This document shows, piece by piece, positions 36,574-49,350 of a stretch of DNA of 64,000 nt. The stretch comes from Ginglymostoma cirratum. Its lineage: Eukaryota. Position 1 is the stretch's first letter, and the number at the start of each line of letters is the position of its first letter. Below the pieces are notes generated by a model. The model worked only from the letters and a program-made list of their open reading frames with translations. It was not told the DNA's origin and did not search any database. The translations under genes and the position numbers were made by a program. The stretch covers positions 5,882,000-5,945,999 of the forward strand of contig JAHRHZ010000102.1 of assembly GCA_024137785.1 (NCBI GenBank), in the 5' to 3' direction.

Positions 36574-37676
36574 AACTTCAATCTATTTGAAATTGAAAAG
36601 TAATACGTGATGGGCTGCAAATTTCAATGCTGTACGAAAATCAGCGGGCACGACGGCAGTGTATCGTGTTTCTGCAATGTAGTGGTTATCACATTCGCCG
36701 CGCACGCAGAACATCCCCTGTTCGAAACCGGTAAAAGCCTAGGGTTTGTCTGTTTTGGGTTTCGCTCGATTCGTGAGGAGCTCACACGGTTATCTTCTTG
36801 CAGCCAACATACCTCCCTGGTAGCGGTCATCGGGGTTAAAAGCGAAAGGGCTCTTGGTCCCTGGGTGGGTTCGAGCCACCAACTTTTCGGTTAACAGCCG
36901 AATGCGCTGACCAATTGCGCCACAGAGACCGGTTCGCAGCGGCCCTGCAAACAAACAATTAAATCGGGGTTCAGCAAGTGTCGCTTCGCCCGGATGGACA
37001 GCGCGAAAAGAGACACTTCGGAAACCTCGTCCATGCCGGCCAGATATCCTAAATTAATTTAACCCCATTTGTCAGCATTTGGTCCTTATCCCTCTAAACC
37101 CTTCCGGTTCATGCATGCATCCAGGTCCCTTTGAAATGTTGTCATTTCTCCAGCCTCCACAACTTCCTCCGTCAGTTCATTCCATACACGCACCACCTTC
37201 TGCGTGAAAAATGCCCCTCACTTCCCATTTCATTTTTCCCCTCTCACCTTAAGTATGTGCCCTGTAGTTTTGGACTCGCCCACCCAGTGAAAAAAGATCT
37301 TGACCATTCACCCTGTTCATATCCCTCATGACTTTATAAATTTCTCTAGCTTCTCATCATCCGACCCTGCAGGGAAAGTTCGCACGGCCTCTTCAGCTTC
37401 GCCCTAAAGTCCAAACCATGCAACCCCAGCAACCGCAGCGTGAATATTTGTTGAGAAATTTTACGTGACTTTATTTCTCAATATTAGCAATAAGGATGGA
37501 CAACTTCAATCTATTTAAAATTGAAAAGTAATACGGGATGGGCTGCAAATTTCAATGCTCTACGAAAATCAGCGGGCACGACGGTAGTGTATCGTGTTAC
37601 TGTAATGTAGTGGTTATCACATTGGCCGCGCACGCAGATCATCCCCTGTTCGAAACCGGCAAAAGCCTAGGGTTTG
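36573..37676 (+). repeat. Local ~175-bp direct duplication (36573-36746 and 37501-37676), each with a tRNA-Val pseudogene (36668-36740, 37596-37668)
   Basis: CAACTTCAATCTATT...GTAGTGGTTATCACATT...CCCTGTTCGAAACCGG..AAAGCCTAGGGTTTG occurs twice. Confidence 0.85.
36856..36929 (-). tRNA. tRNA-Asn(GTT), near-intact (T54C, discriminator C)
   Basis: GTCTCTG TG GCGC AATTGGTCA GCGC A TTCGG CTGTTAA CCGAA AAGTT GGTGG CTCGAAC CCACC CAGGGAC C; all stems pair; T4 about 15 nt downstream. Confidence 0.88.
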
Positions 37677-39351
37677 CCGCGCCATTACCAATAGTAGGCT
37701 TCTGCACTGATGTCGACAGAGCTTTCCTGTTTGCTCTTCTCGTCAGCCACCCTTGTCTTGAATGTATTGGGACATCTCTGTGGTTGTGTCGAAAAGGAAT
37801 ACAATTCCACTGATTTGCAGTGCTATTTTTCGTTAAGTTTCTCTCCTGCTTGGTCCTGAATATGCGCTGTTTGTACTGCACAGATGGTCATCATTTTTCA
37901 ACGTACACTTGGCGTGTCCCGATACTGTCTGCAGAGTAATAGTTCTGCATTTGCTGTACGTGCAAAGGCATCCTGGTTCAATGCCAAATAGAAGCCTGAT
38001 TTTGCTGGTGTCACAGTGCACCACGGAATCCTGATTTACCCTCTCTTTCAAATGCATTTTAAGTTAGTCTCTGAGAAGCCTACTTCCGATACTGTCTGTC
38101 ATGTCTCAAGCTGTATGAATCAAATCGAGAAGTCCTCAATCATGTTTTGCAGTAGAGAAAAATGTTGGCATTTTTTAGCGCTGGACACATTAGCGTCTCA
38201 TACAGTCAACGAGAATGAATGGATTTACGAACTCTGAAAAACCTCTTGACTCACGCTCTCGTAAAGCCCCTAATATTAAGTCGTGCTCTGAAATCTAAGC
38301 CATGTTGGAATTGAAGCTGAGGTAAAAACTGTCAGGCTACCAAATGATATTGTCTCCATTTTGTCATGATATCACAGAGGAGTAAGAAAATGCAAATAGC
38401 GAGGAATCAGAAAGTGAGGCACATGCGGCTCTGGTGAAGCGAATTCTATCTCATTTAGTCAGAAACAAGGTACGTGAAGGTAACCCAGAGATTTTCACAT
38501 CTAGAAGAAAGTACAATCACGTGCTGTTAGCACCTCATTTAACAACTCTCATCGCCGTTTACTTTCTGTTAATACGGTTAGAAACTGCCTTTTGTGCATC
38601 CCAGAATAAACACCGTGGAGATTAATAAAATATAGTGAGTCGCATTCCTTCATTTCCCACACAGGTTTCCAACACAGCGGCAGCCGTCTGACATTTGCTC
38701 ATGTCCAGCTCGGGAAAGCTCCGCAGACAAAATTGCCCAGTTAAGGAGAATGACAAGGGAAATGGCAACTCATTCCTGCATCGGGGATCGAACAGCCACG
38801 CAAACTGATCTGTTGTTCTCGGATTATAATCCGAACTCAGCTTTTGAGATGGAGGACTTTCTTTGAATCATTTATTCTACAAAACAGGCGTGATAACTCT
38901 AAGTATGCTGCAAGGTATCATTTAGTGCACGATGTCCTGCTCAGCTTTGTGCTTTTTCCCTGTAGTCCGGGGCTTTACATATTTCGTGTAAACGCGGCAG
39001 TTCTTCTGTTTTGAGCAATGAGAGAAACCATTTTCCAAAGCGAAAATCGAAATTCCAGAAATGTCGTGCAGTTCATGCTTGCTTTATCGAAGCAAAACCG
39101 AAGACAATTTCTCAAAGATGCATTACATTTGTTGCTCGACCGAGTTTCACGAGGTAGATTCAGCTTTGCATTGCTGGTTGTTTTGATGGCTGGGCTATCG
39201 GTTGCTGGTGGGAAATTGATACTGTAGCCGGGCATTGCCCGCAGTTAAGAAAATGTGCGAGCGGGATAGGGATCCTCGAAGCCGTTCCCTGTGCTTTTGC
39301 TGTTGTTGTGTCGCAGAAGCACCTTTGGAAAATGTCATATCTGAGCAAACG

Positions 39352-39415
39352 ACTCGTCGTGGTCTTAGGCGCTGTATTGAGGTTCCAGCCTCTGAGGAGC
39401 CGTGGGTTATGCCGA
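39352..39415 (+). pseudogene. tRNA-Leu fragment (mirror at ~63100-63160 on minus)
   Basis: GTGGTCTTAGGCGCTGTATTGAGGTTCCAGCCTCTGAGGAGCCGTGGGTT. Confidence 0.6.
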
Positions 39416-40241
39416 AGCACGGTCGGGATGAGCTGCGTTTATGTTGGAAGCAACAAAATGTCTTTGATGCTCGCAAACTGATCTGTGATGTGGGACATCA
39501 CAGACCCTCCATCGGGTCAGCGTGCAGACCGTGTTTACATGGTGCAGTGGCATGGAATGTCTCCAGCATGATAGCGGGAACAAGCAGGCTGCACTGCTGC
39601 TTCATGTTCCAGGCAAGCTGCGTCGTTCACCCTTTTCACTGAAAGTGAATGGAGATTGTTATACCACTGCTGCTGTGAAATCAAATCCTGCATTAATTCT
39701 AATCGCAGTTATTTGCTGTGGTGGTGAAAAGGAGGGTAATTGCGATGTGAAATTTCTCTAATCTCTCATTTCCGTCCTGGAGAAGGGAACTGATGAGCCG
39801 CCTTCTCGATCCGCTGCAATCGTTGCCGTGCAGGCACACCCGCATTGTTGAGCAGAAGGGAAACCCAGCCTCTTAGAGACTGTGATTGCTATTCGTCACT
39901 TTTCATGGGTCCTTCGAATCCTGTATTTTTTTAAAAACTTTTTTGAGCATTTTCCGGAAAGTGGCGTTGGACTAAATGCCCCGGATAATTGGAAGCGCAG
40001 TTTAGAATTGCCCCTTGTGCAACTGGTTCGTGACACCGACAAGTCGAGGTGTTTCGCAGACAGCATTCATGTTTTGGTATGTCTGCTACTGCGTTAGTCT
40101 TTTCCTTTTGGCTTTGTTTGTGCGTTAAGATAGGTCTGTTTTGGGCTTTGCTCTCTAAGAGAGGAGCTAACACGGTTATCTTCTTGCAGCTACGAAACCA
40201 CCCCAATAGCGGTCATCAGGGTTGAAGGCGAAGGAGCCCTT

Positions 40242-40315
40242 CACACCTGGGTGGGTTCAAACGACCAACCTTTCGTTTAGTGGCCGAACGCGCTAACTGA
40301 TTGCGCCACAGAAAG
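40242..40315 (-). pseudogene. tRNA-Asn pseudogene
   Basis: TCTGTGGCGCAATCAGTTAGCGCGTTCGGCC...GAAAGGTTGGTCGTTTGAACCCACCCAGG. Confidence 0.8.
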
Positions 40316-41035
40316 GGGCTCAAACAGCCCCTGAAAACAAACAATTAAACCGAGGGTCAGCAACTGTCGTGTCGTCCGGTTGGACAGCGTGAAAAGAGAC
40401 ACTTCGGCGCACCTCATCCATGCCGGCCAGATATCCTAAATTAATTTAGCCCCATTTGTCAGCATTTGGTCCTTATCTCTCCAAACCCTTCCGATTCATT
40501 CACGCATCCAGATACCTTTGAAATGTTGTCATTTCACCAGCCTCCACAACTTCCTCCGTCAGTTCATTCCATACACGCACCACCTTCTGCGTGAAAAATG
40601 CCCCTCAGCTCCCACTTCATTTTCCTCCTCTCACCTTAAATATATGCCCTGTAGTTTTGGACTCGCCCACCCGGTGAAAGAAGATCTCGAAAATCCATTC
40701 CGTTCATATCCCTCATGACTTTATATACGTCCATAAGTTCTCCTCCTCCGACGTTGCAGGGAAATTTCGCCCTCCAGTCCAAGCCGCACTACCCTGGCAA
40801 GAACGTGATTGACAGATTTGTACAGGCTGGAAACATCAAAGGCTCAAGGAACACTATAGGAAAATGCTGAAAATGTGTATTGCAGTAATCAATTCAGTTT
40901 AGCACTCTGTAGTTCAGCAATTTCCTCAATAAAGTCAGGAACCACTTATGAACAGAATCATCTTATCCCAGTTTACAGCTGATTTGCCAACCGATAAGGG
41001 ATAATCGGAATTATGGAACCTTTATGGCAATTATC

Positions 41036-41132
41036 GCTCCGGTAACAAGAGTCGGTTAACCCACTGTGCTTATATGAAAGAGTAGAGGTGTGTGCACTAC
41101 CGAGGTGGTGAGTTCAAGCTTCTGCTGGCGCA
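41036..41132 (+). pseudogene. Intron-containing tRNA-Ile(TAT) pseudogene with T5 terminator
   Basis: GCTCCGGT..GTCGGTTAA..GTGCTTATA[intron]CTACCGAGGTGGTGAGTTCAAGCTTCTGCTGGCGCA TTTTT. Confidence 0.75.
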
Positions 41133-41869
41133 TTTTTAATTTGTTGTGGGATAAGACCCGAAAGATCAACGACAATTTTGGACAATGTTTATGGGAAATT
41201 GCCAGATTCTGAGGATTTGGAAATGACTCAACGATCGACAAACGTCTTGGAAATGTTCGAAATCTCAAAAAATATTTGCGGAGAGAGAACAAAGACGACC
41301 TTTTTTTCAGATCACAAACGTTTCTCATGTGGCTATTTAAAATTGAGTTAAGTTGCGGGAAAAAGTTGTTTAACCGGCTTCAATTCATTCATTTTGCTGC
41401 AAACTCCACAGGTCATTCAAACATTCAAAAAGGAATTAGAATTATCTCATTGAAATGTGCGAATGTTGCATTCAACTATGGTCAGAATTTTTATCAGCTG
41501 AAAGTAAAGAGCGGCTGAGAGGAAGGGAGGGTTCAAACCGGAATGAGACCGAGAATTGTTTGTGGATTTCGTGGGTGGATTTCAGACAGTATGAAAAGTA
41601 CCTAACATCACCTGAATGTGGTCGAATCATTAAGGCACCAGTTTAAAGCAGGGATTGCGTCTCGGAGCCACAGTTTCCTTCCGACTCGAGAGGGTCTAAC
41701 TTTACTTCTTAATTGAAAAAAAAAGTTCAGTTTTATTTATAGTTCTTCACGGAGAATGAGGTACCGATCTTATTCACCTGCACGTGTACAATAAATCTCT
41801 TTAGACGTGAAGTCAAAGAAATTCGTAACTATTCCCCACCTGCCCACAGACTTTGTCTCACAGTTAAAG

Positions 41870-42305
41870 TGCCTGCTCAGGGACCTAGGGGAGCACGTAC
41901 ATAATTCTTTGAAGTTTTCATCACATATAGACAGAGAAGTTAAACAGACTTTTGGCACGCCTGCCTTCATTGCTCAACCGTTTCAGTTTGGCAGTTGGGA
42001 AGTCATGTTGTGGTTGCACAGGATGTTGGTGAGGCCTCGTCTGGAATACAGTGTGCCGTTCCTGTCGCATAGTTACAGGATGCATATTATTAAGTTAGCG
42101 AGTGTTAAGAAGACGGTTACCAGGATGTTGCCTGGTATGAAAGGTTTGATTTATAAAGAAAGATTGGATAGACTTGGACTTTTTTCGCTGGTGCTTAGGA
42201 GGTTGAGAGGCGACCTGTTAGAAGTTCATAAAATAATGAGACGTGTAGATAGTAGTTGTCTTTTCCCTCAGATGGGAGATTTCAAGACTAGGGGACGTTT
42301 TTAAG
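41870..42305 (+). mobile_element. CR1 RT C-terminal fragment (mirror at ~60170-60660 on minus)
   Basis: RDLGEHVHNSLK...LVRPRLEYSV..W/F...YKERLDRLGLFSL..RRLRGDLLEVHKIM. Confidence 0.9.
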
Positions 42306-42612
42306 TAGCGAGGAGATAATTTTTTTTAAAAAAAGATAGGAGACGCAGAACTTTGCGATGACTGTGAATAAAACGATGGCAAATTCCAGCAGAGAAATAG
42401 GTGGCAGAGAAACGGGTGACAGTGAAGCAGGCATACAAGAACAAATGTTTTTCGTTTGCCAGTGAAATTCACCGCTTCTCAAAGTGGAGAACATTTAAAC
42501 GCAGCAGTGACCGCGATGATTTTGCTGGATATTCACCTTGCGAATGCTTTTTCCGCCGGTATCCCTGATTACATCACTAGTCCACAGGATGAAAGCTGCA
42601 GCAAGACGTGTG

Positions 42613-42685
42613 GAGCCAGTGGTGTAATTGATACAATGTCTGACTTTGGTTTGGAAGATTGAAATGTTGTATCCTCCTTCGCTCG
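42613..42685 (+). pseudogene. tRNA-Arg pseudogene, dead B-box
   Basis: GAGCCAGTGGTGTAATTGATA..GTCTGACT...GAAGATT...TCCTCCTTCGCTCG. Confidence 0.65.
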
Positions 42686-42927
42686 AGTGAAGATGACAGC
42701 TTTTCTACCCTTGCAAATTGACAGATGCTTCGGAAAAGGAATGTGTGCCCAGCGCTGTTTTTGTCAGATTCCGAGCAGCTGATGTGCTTGGATCACTCGG
42801 TTTTGGAAATTGAAAATTGAAATTGAAAGGTGAATGAATAACATGAGTGTCGGGGTACTTCAGCTCACTGTCTATTTCATATCCCAGCTCGTGGCAACAG
42901 TACCCATTGTCAGGAGAAACTGCTTGT

Positions 42928-43120
42928 GTCTGCCTCCTCTCCACCTATCCTCTCCTCTATCCGTCTTCTATCCGCCTCCCCCTCTCTCCCTATTTATTTC
43001 AGAACCCTCTTCCCCTCCACCATTTCTGATGAAGGGTCTAGGCCCGAAACGTCAAGCTTTCCTGCTCCTATGATGCTGCTTGGCCTGCTGTGTTCATCCA
43101 GCTCCGCACCTTGTTATCTC
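42928..43120 (+). mobile_element. PLE-tail insertion with hammerhead, left arm only
   Basis: CTGATGAAGGGTCTAGGCCCGAAACGTC at 43026-43053; TGTG(T) duplicated at the ends; right-arm site (~59570) is empty. Confidence 0.88.
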
Positions 43121-43246
43121 TGTGTTCCACATAAAGCTGCTTTTTGTCGGGGAACCTTGTAGACGGCGGGAGAAGCAGGTAGAACAGTGTGTGTATAATA
43201 TCACAAAGACTGACACTGAGCCACACGTTAAACAGTAAAGTTGAGG

Positions 43247-43975
43247 TGGTTAACTTGCTCGCCCAGCTGCCTTGTTTTCGTTCAGTAGTTTTGTCACCAT
43301 GCTAGGTAACATCATGAGTGAGACTTCCGATGAAGCAATGTTGTTCTACTCCACTTGGAATTTATACTGTCCGGTCTGTTGCGGTCATTTTCTGTTCTGT
43401 TCTGCATGGGTTGTACATGGGGTCCAATTCTATATGTTTGCTGATTGCATTGTGGATTGAGAACCATGCGTCTAGGAATTCATATGTGTTTCTATGTTTG
43501 GCTTAGGCTACTACGGTTATGTTACTACGGCTTTCATTATCCGAGTGTACCGATATGAGGGAAAGTTCGTCATGTCATTTTCCTGCTAGCTGATGTTCGC
43601 GTATTATGATGGCTAGTTTCCTTCCTGTCTGTCTGATATAACGTTGATGGCAGTCGTTGCATGGTATTTTATAAACTATGTCAGTTCTGCATGTCGTGGG
43701 CTTTGGGCTTGTGTGCTACCGCAATTCCTAGTGGCCATAGGAGTTGTCACTTCTGATATGTTCTTGATGTACGGCAGTGTGGCCAGTGCGGTAGGGCATA
43801 ATGTGTCCTCTTCGTGTTGCGATTTCGTCGGCACCTGAGGATGAAATTGCAGGGATATCCGTTCAAAGCGAAGATTTTGTATTGGTATTCATCCTCTTTC
43901 TGCATAGTTCTGGGTCGTCGCAATGAGTGGTGGCCCATTAAAATAGTGTCCCAACACAGCTTAGTTTGTGGACTA
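43247..43975 (-). mobile_element. Poseidon-type PLE fragment
   Basis: Minus strand IFALNGYPCNFI...; mirror of 58665-59463. Confidence 0.85.
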
Positions 43976-44371
43976 CTGACCTGAGTTAGTTGCCAAATTA
44001 AAAGTTTCCGAACCCCTCGAGAACTGAGTTATGATGTGCAAAGGACAACACGCAAAGGAGAGTCCTTGTGTGATTAATCCAATGTGATCTGTATACCGGG
44101 GTAAACAGTGAAGACTGGTCTTCAGCACCCACATTGAGCCTGGCTCCACTCCGCCGACAGTCAACATTCGCAAACTACCATTGCCCTTCACTTTTCCTGA
44201 CCTCTCCTCTATTCTTGTTTTAAACCGATTGCACGTCAGGCAGTTGCAGCTGACATTGCTGATGTGGAACTGTAACATGGAGTGAAGCGATTTTGACTGG
44301 TCAATGACATAATTCTGCTTCTAAAGATCGGTCAATATTTCGTATTTATGCCTGTAAATGTTAACCATTAA

Positions 44372-44421
44372 CAGGCTATCGCAGTGAAGGCACTGAATCA
44401 TACTCACTGGACTACCAGGAA
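44372..44421 (-). pseudogene. Truncated tRNA-Glu (mirror at 58214-58263 on plus)
   Basis: TTCCTGGTAGTCCAGT..TATGATTCAGTGCCTTCACTGC; T-arm missing in both arms. Confidence 0.65.
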
Positions 44422-44603
44422 AGATCTGTTTATGTCACTCAGGACACTGTCTGCTGCGGCCTTGCATTCTCCCATCCTTCTGCACGTGATGCCCCTCTCC
44501 TCTATTTCGGTTTTGCGAGGTCTTGGTTAATAACACAGTCTCCAATTATCTCGTACTCTGTCGTTTCTAATATATGAGATCCTCTTGCATATTGTCTGAG
44601 TCT

Positions 44604-44676
44604 GGCTGCATACCTCAGTGGTTCGCGCACTGGTCTTGTAAACCCGAAGTCGTGAGTTCGACTCTCATTGGGGCCT
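44604..44676 (+). pseudogene. tRNA-Thr(TGT) pseudogene
   Basis: GGCTGCATACCTCAGTGGTTCGCGCACTGGTCTTGTAAACCCGAAGTCGTGAGTTCGACTCTCATTGGGGCCT. Confidence 0.88.
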
Positions 44677-45395
44677 AAGGCTACTTTAATACAGCCGGTG
44701 TTTCCAAGAGACACCTTTAAAAATTATCTGAAATTTTGACAATATCATTTTCTCCACAGGCCAGAATTGTGTTTGAAATTCCACATTCCTGTTTGTTCTT
44801 CGACGGACTTGACGACGACCCTTCAGAAGGGCAGGAAGCAGCTGACGTGAGCGATGTTTGGCTGGAAGAGCGAGGTGAAGCAGGAAAACTGCAGAGTGAC
44901 AGGTGAACAACGGGGGAGGAACAAAAACCAGCGGCAGCCACCGAATGCTTCCTTTTGTTGCTGTAAAAAGATTCTAGTTTTGATGTCTGAAATGGGACAA
45001 TACAGCCAAGTGAGCGAAATTCTGCTTTCTGGGGTTGCTCTCTCCTAAAGCCTCTGGCACTCTCGGTGGAAGGTGTCCATGTTTGTTTCCTTCTGTGGAT
45101 GAAAATGAGGTTCACTTTCCCGACAGGGCATGAACACAGTTTTCCCATCTCAAACTTCAGTCTCATTGCTAGTGATGCATGAGATTAAAATGTTACAAGG
45201 AAAATAACATTGAAATGAACAGTTGAAACACGAGAGCACACAAGACTAAAAGACCAAGTGCTGGAAACTGGGATGATCGGCCTCTTTCCACGCTGTAAAA
45301 AACTCAATGATGCAAACATTTTGCAGGAGCAACTGACTACCAATGAAATAAAACCCATAAGTTGTGTTATTAAGAAATGACGCAAGTCTGCTTGT

Positions 45396-45467
45396 TCCCA
45401 GGTGGTCTAGTGGTAAGTGAACAGTAGTTTCATCACTGTTGCTTGGGCTCCAACCCTGCTCAGGGAG
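45396..45467 (+). pseudogene. tRNA-Glu(TTC) pseudogene
   Basis: TCCCAGGTGGTCTAGTGGT...TTTCA...GGGCTCCAACCCTGCTCAGGGA. Confidence 0.7.
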
Positions 45468-46366
45468 TGAGGATTTACTGTCCTCACAATAACAGTAGCA
45501 AAGGTCAAACAGTGCCTGGTGGGAATCCTTTTAATGTCTCGGATCAATGAATGTCCTGGCCCCTTAAAAAAGGGAAGGTAGTTTATCTTTCTCTACTCAG
45601 TCAGACAGTTCACCGTTCATGTGCCTCTGATTCCCAGTTCTAAAGATTCGCAAAGTTGAGACGAGTGCATTTTTTAAAAATTCTGTTTCCTTTCCATTCC
45701 AAGGAGCAGCAGTGATTGAGTGCTTTGGGAAGTTAAAAGGTGCCAAATGGCAGTGTATGGTACTACTTCAGCTTCCCCTCCTCTGATAACTCCAGGACAC
45801 TGACTCCAATGTTCTCAGTGATATTTACTGGTGTGAGGCAATGAAAGGATTCCAGTTCCTGCAGATCGGATTGAAACCTGATCACGGCATCAGAACAGTG
45901 AGAAAGATGAGCTTGGAATTTTAAAGAAGTTGCAAATTGCGCTTCAGCCACAGAGACAAGGAGAGTGACGTCATAAACCCATGGCGTCATTCCCGCGCAG
46001 AAAGAAGCCGTTCAGCCCATCGAATCCACGGCGACTCGCTGTCACCTGTATTTCTCTGAGGTTATTCACGATCGGTGATATCTGTTCAAATAATGGTCAA
46101 ACGTGTCTGTGCCGTGATGCTGTCTCCAACATGATTATCCTCTTGTTATTCACATCCGAAACAGTGTGCGCAATTACCGCAGGTCTTGGAAAAAACATAG
46201 GGGTAATATGTCTCAACTACCACAGCTTCGTCGCAACTTAGAGAAGACCAACGGTGAACAGGAGAAAACTACTGAGATCTTGACAAATGTGTCACCTCAC
46301 CTGTGTACTAACATAAAGGATCTATTTTGAACACACGACCATCTGGCAAATCACATTTGTAAGGAA

Positions 46367-46438
46367 TAGCAGAGGACCGTTTCAACCATCGACCTGTGGG
46401 TTGTGAGCCCAGCAAGCGCCGCGGCGCCGCGAAGGCCG
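46367..46438 (-). pseudogene. tRNA-iMet pseudogene
   Basis: GCTGGGCTCACAACCCACAGGTCGATGGTTGAAACGGTCCTCTGCTA. Confidence 0.8.
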
Positions 46439-47215
46439 GTGTGCCTTTTAGGCTTTTCATTTGGCGTGTGGCGCGTACTTTTAAGAATGATTTTTTTAAA
46501 AACTCACTGTTGTTGTGTAATACCATGTTGCGCAGATGTGTCTCACTTGTGTAAACATAACCTTTGTCTAATGTCCCACATTCTGTTACTCCCACATTCA
46601 GATTTCACTCAGAATCACAAAATTTGTCACAATGCAGATGGAGGCCATGCAGCCCACCTTATCTGTGCCACTCTCCACAATGAGTAAATGAGTGTCATTT
46701 CATGGAATTCTCTTGCCTTCTCTGTGTAACTCTGCCCATTGTTATTTGTGACGTAAACATCAAATTTCCTTTTATGTTGATTGAATCTGCGTCTTTAGTA
46801 CTGTTAGACAGCGTTTTAGTGATCCTGCCACTCTCTGTTCAAAGCATCAGCTTTCTGTTCTCTCAGGACAGCTTTCCCAACTTTCCCATCGAACTTCATG
46901 ACGGACGTTCCTCATACACATCACCACTCACGTGAGTCTGTTCAACGCTGTCTCCAGTCACTTTGCATTCCCACTTCCGGAAGTTTCATGCCCTGACCTG
47001 TGCAACAATGCAGCTGGAATTTTCACTCACAGTCAGATTGCGTGGGCAAACAACCTGAAACACTTGTTTTCGATTTAAACAAGCGTTCTCTTTGGCGTGT
47101 TCACTGCAATGGGACTTCTGCCCCATCCCCACTTCAGGCAACCCGACCTCATTTAACGAAGCTGGTTTTTCGGAAAGCTGTTTGGGCATTGTGGTAAAAG
47201 CGATACAGGGACTTT

Positions 47216-47306
47216 GGGCTTGTCCGGGGGTTGAACCTGGGACCTCTCGCAGATTATCATTGCAACAGCACCCTGAAGGAGAATCATACCCCTTGACCAA
47301 GGAGCC
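47216..47306 (-). pseudogene. Intron-containing tRNA-Pro(AGG); intron 47252-47270
   Basis: GGCTCCTTGGTCAAGGGGTATGATTCTCCTTCAGGG[TGCTGTTGCAATGATAATC]TGCGAGAGGTCCCAGGTTCAACCCCCGGACAAGCCC. Confidence 0.88.
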
Positions 47307-47324
47307 CCAGGCTTTGGAAGCGCA

Positions 47325-47665
47325 ATGGGGCCACAATGGAATAATGGCGCTTTCGTTGGCGTGCGAATCTGGAAATCCGCACAGCATTTTGGGGACCTGG
47401 GTTCGAAACCACGGCAGACGGTGGAATTCGAATGGAATAAATATCTAGAATTAAAAATCTAATGATGACTGTGAATCGATTGTTGGAGAAACCACATCTG
47501 GTTCACTAATGCCCTTCAGGAAAGGAAACTGACATCGTTTCTTTATATGGCCTACCTGTCACTCCAGACCCACAGGCAAATGGTTGACCATGTGTCTGAG
47601 TATTTGGGGATGGGCAATAAACGCTGGCCTAGCCAACGACGCCCTCATCCCGTGAATCAATATCC
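47325..47665 (+). mobile_element. tRNA-derived shark SINE (SacSINE1-like); mirror at 55072-55410 on minus
   Basis: Head with GGGTTCGAAACC B-box, body CATCTGGTTCACTAATGCCCTT, tail GGGCAATAAACGCTGGCCTAGCC..CATCCCGTGAAT. Confidence 0.75.
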
Positions 47666-49283
47666 TATAAACGAATTTAAAAAAAAAAACTCGCCACATA
47701 GATCCTGAGAGATCTCAGGCTGAACTCGATCTCAACAAAATCAGAACACTTCAGTGAAGAATGGAGCAAGATACAGAACTCCAGGGATCGCCTGTAATTC
47801 GGACGCGAGAGCTGTTCCTATTTACTCCATCCGCATGGAGCAGAACTATATCCCGAGACCAATGAACCAGCAACAGCTCAGATTCTTTAACACTAAAGCA
47901 GCACTGAGTTTTAACAACAGCTTCATCCCATTCTGAAACCCCGCTCCAAGGGGGCTCTGTTAGCCCTGCTCCCCGGGGCCACGCTGTCTCCATTGACGGC
48001 TGGAGTAAACAATCTTTCACTGGCAGGCCGTGCTGGAGGAGAACAACACGAATGCGCTCTTCATCTCCCCGCCAAACATAGACTTGCAGGACAGGGGAGG
48101 GGTGTGGTGGGAGTGGGAGGTATGGAAAGTTTGGAAGGCTGTGCAAAAGGGAGATCGTGCATGCAGAGGAACTAACATTCTGTTGTGAACCTTGTCCAAA
48201 TTACCACATCTGACACAGTGCGAAAACTTTAGAGTTGTTGGGAAAGATAGAATCTCTCCTAATCATGGGGATCTGTGTCTGTGTCGTTCTCAATGTCACA
48301 GAAAGGGCGCAGCTGTCTGATTCAGCACGGGGTGCTACTGAAGGAAGTCCTGTCTCTCGGACACACTGCACCTGATGTGCATAAATTTCAGCACATTTTC
48401 CCCAGCTCACAGAATGGATTTTATTATTCAAATAATCCCAGAGCGACAGAGAACGGGGCAAGGCAATTCATTTTGACAGCTCCTGGAGAGAAGTGGAATG
48501 TGTGAGAACGGACAGTCTCGTCTGGTGTATAGTTTCAGCATTTACAACCTTGGCCCATGTGGCAATAAAATCAGTTTGAGAGGTTGATTCAATACAGATA
48601 GCAGGAAACAGGTGAGACAGTTTATCGTGTGCCTGAAAACCAGAAAATCCTATTTGTGTCCTTCTTAACGTCTTCATATCCCAGTAAACCCACTCTGTGT
48701 CTTTTTCATGTTTTTATATCCAAGTAAATGCTATCCATGTTTGTTCTAATACCTTATATCCCAGTAAACCCTGACTTGTGAAAGGATGCTGGGCCACTCA
48801 ACCCAAATTCAATGCATCAATTCTCTCCCCTGTGCTGTGCAATTTCATTAGTGCTGCAGGAGGGGTCTTTACAGCTCGAGCAGTCCCATCTGCATCGGTT
48901 TGCTCTGCGTCTCCCTCAGCTTCCTGCTTCCTGCGAACACTTCAATTCGAAACAAACGTGTCAATGTATTTTCATTCCACACCGCCATAAATAGCAAACA
49001 TCAAGCCCGCCTCGCCGTTCACTGAGATCATGAATGATCTTTTGCTTCGATATCATGTTTCTGCACTATCTCTTGAGCTCTTGATGATTTTAATCTGCAG
49101 CAATCTATCAATCTCAGTCTTTTTCAGACTCAATACAGACAATTCTGGAGCCACGAATTGCAAAGATTCTCCCCATTCTGAATTCCCTAACATCAGTCCA
49201 CTCTTTAGTAAGTATGCCTAATGCTTGTTTGGAGCTCTCTAGCACTAATTGTTTTCTGCTTTTCGAGTAGTCTATTGTGAGGC

Positions 49284-49350
49284 GTTGCGACCGTATAGCT
49301 GTTGGATTTTGCGTCATACACACAGTACCCTTTGCAATCACTATTGTTCC
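49284..49350 (+). pseudogene. tRNA-His remnant (mirror at ~53385-53447 on minus)
   Basis: GTTGCGACCGTATAGCTGTTGGA-TTTTGCGT resembles GCCGTGATCGTATAGTGGTTAGTACTCTGCGT. Confidence 0.45.

Noticed and set aside
47092-47448. ORFs such as WACPGVEPGTSR
   Set aside because: Antisense translations of tRNA and SINE sequence.
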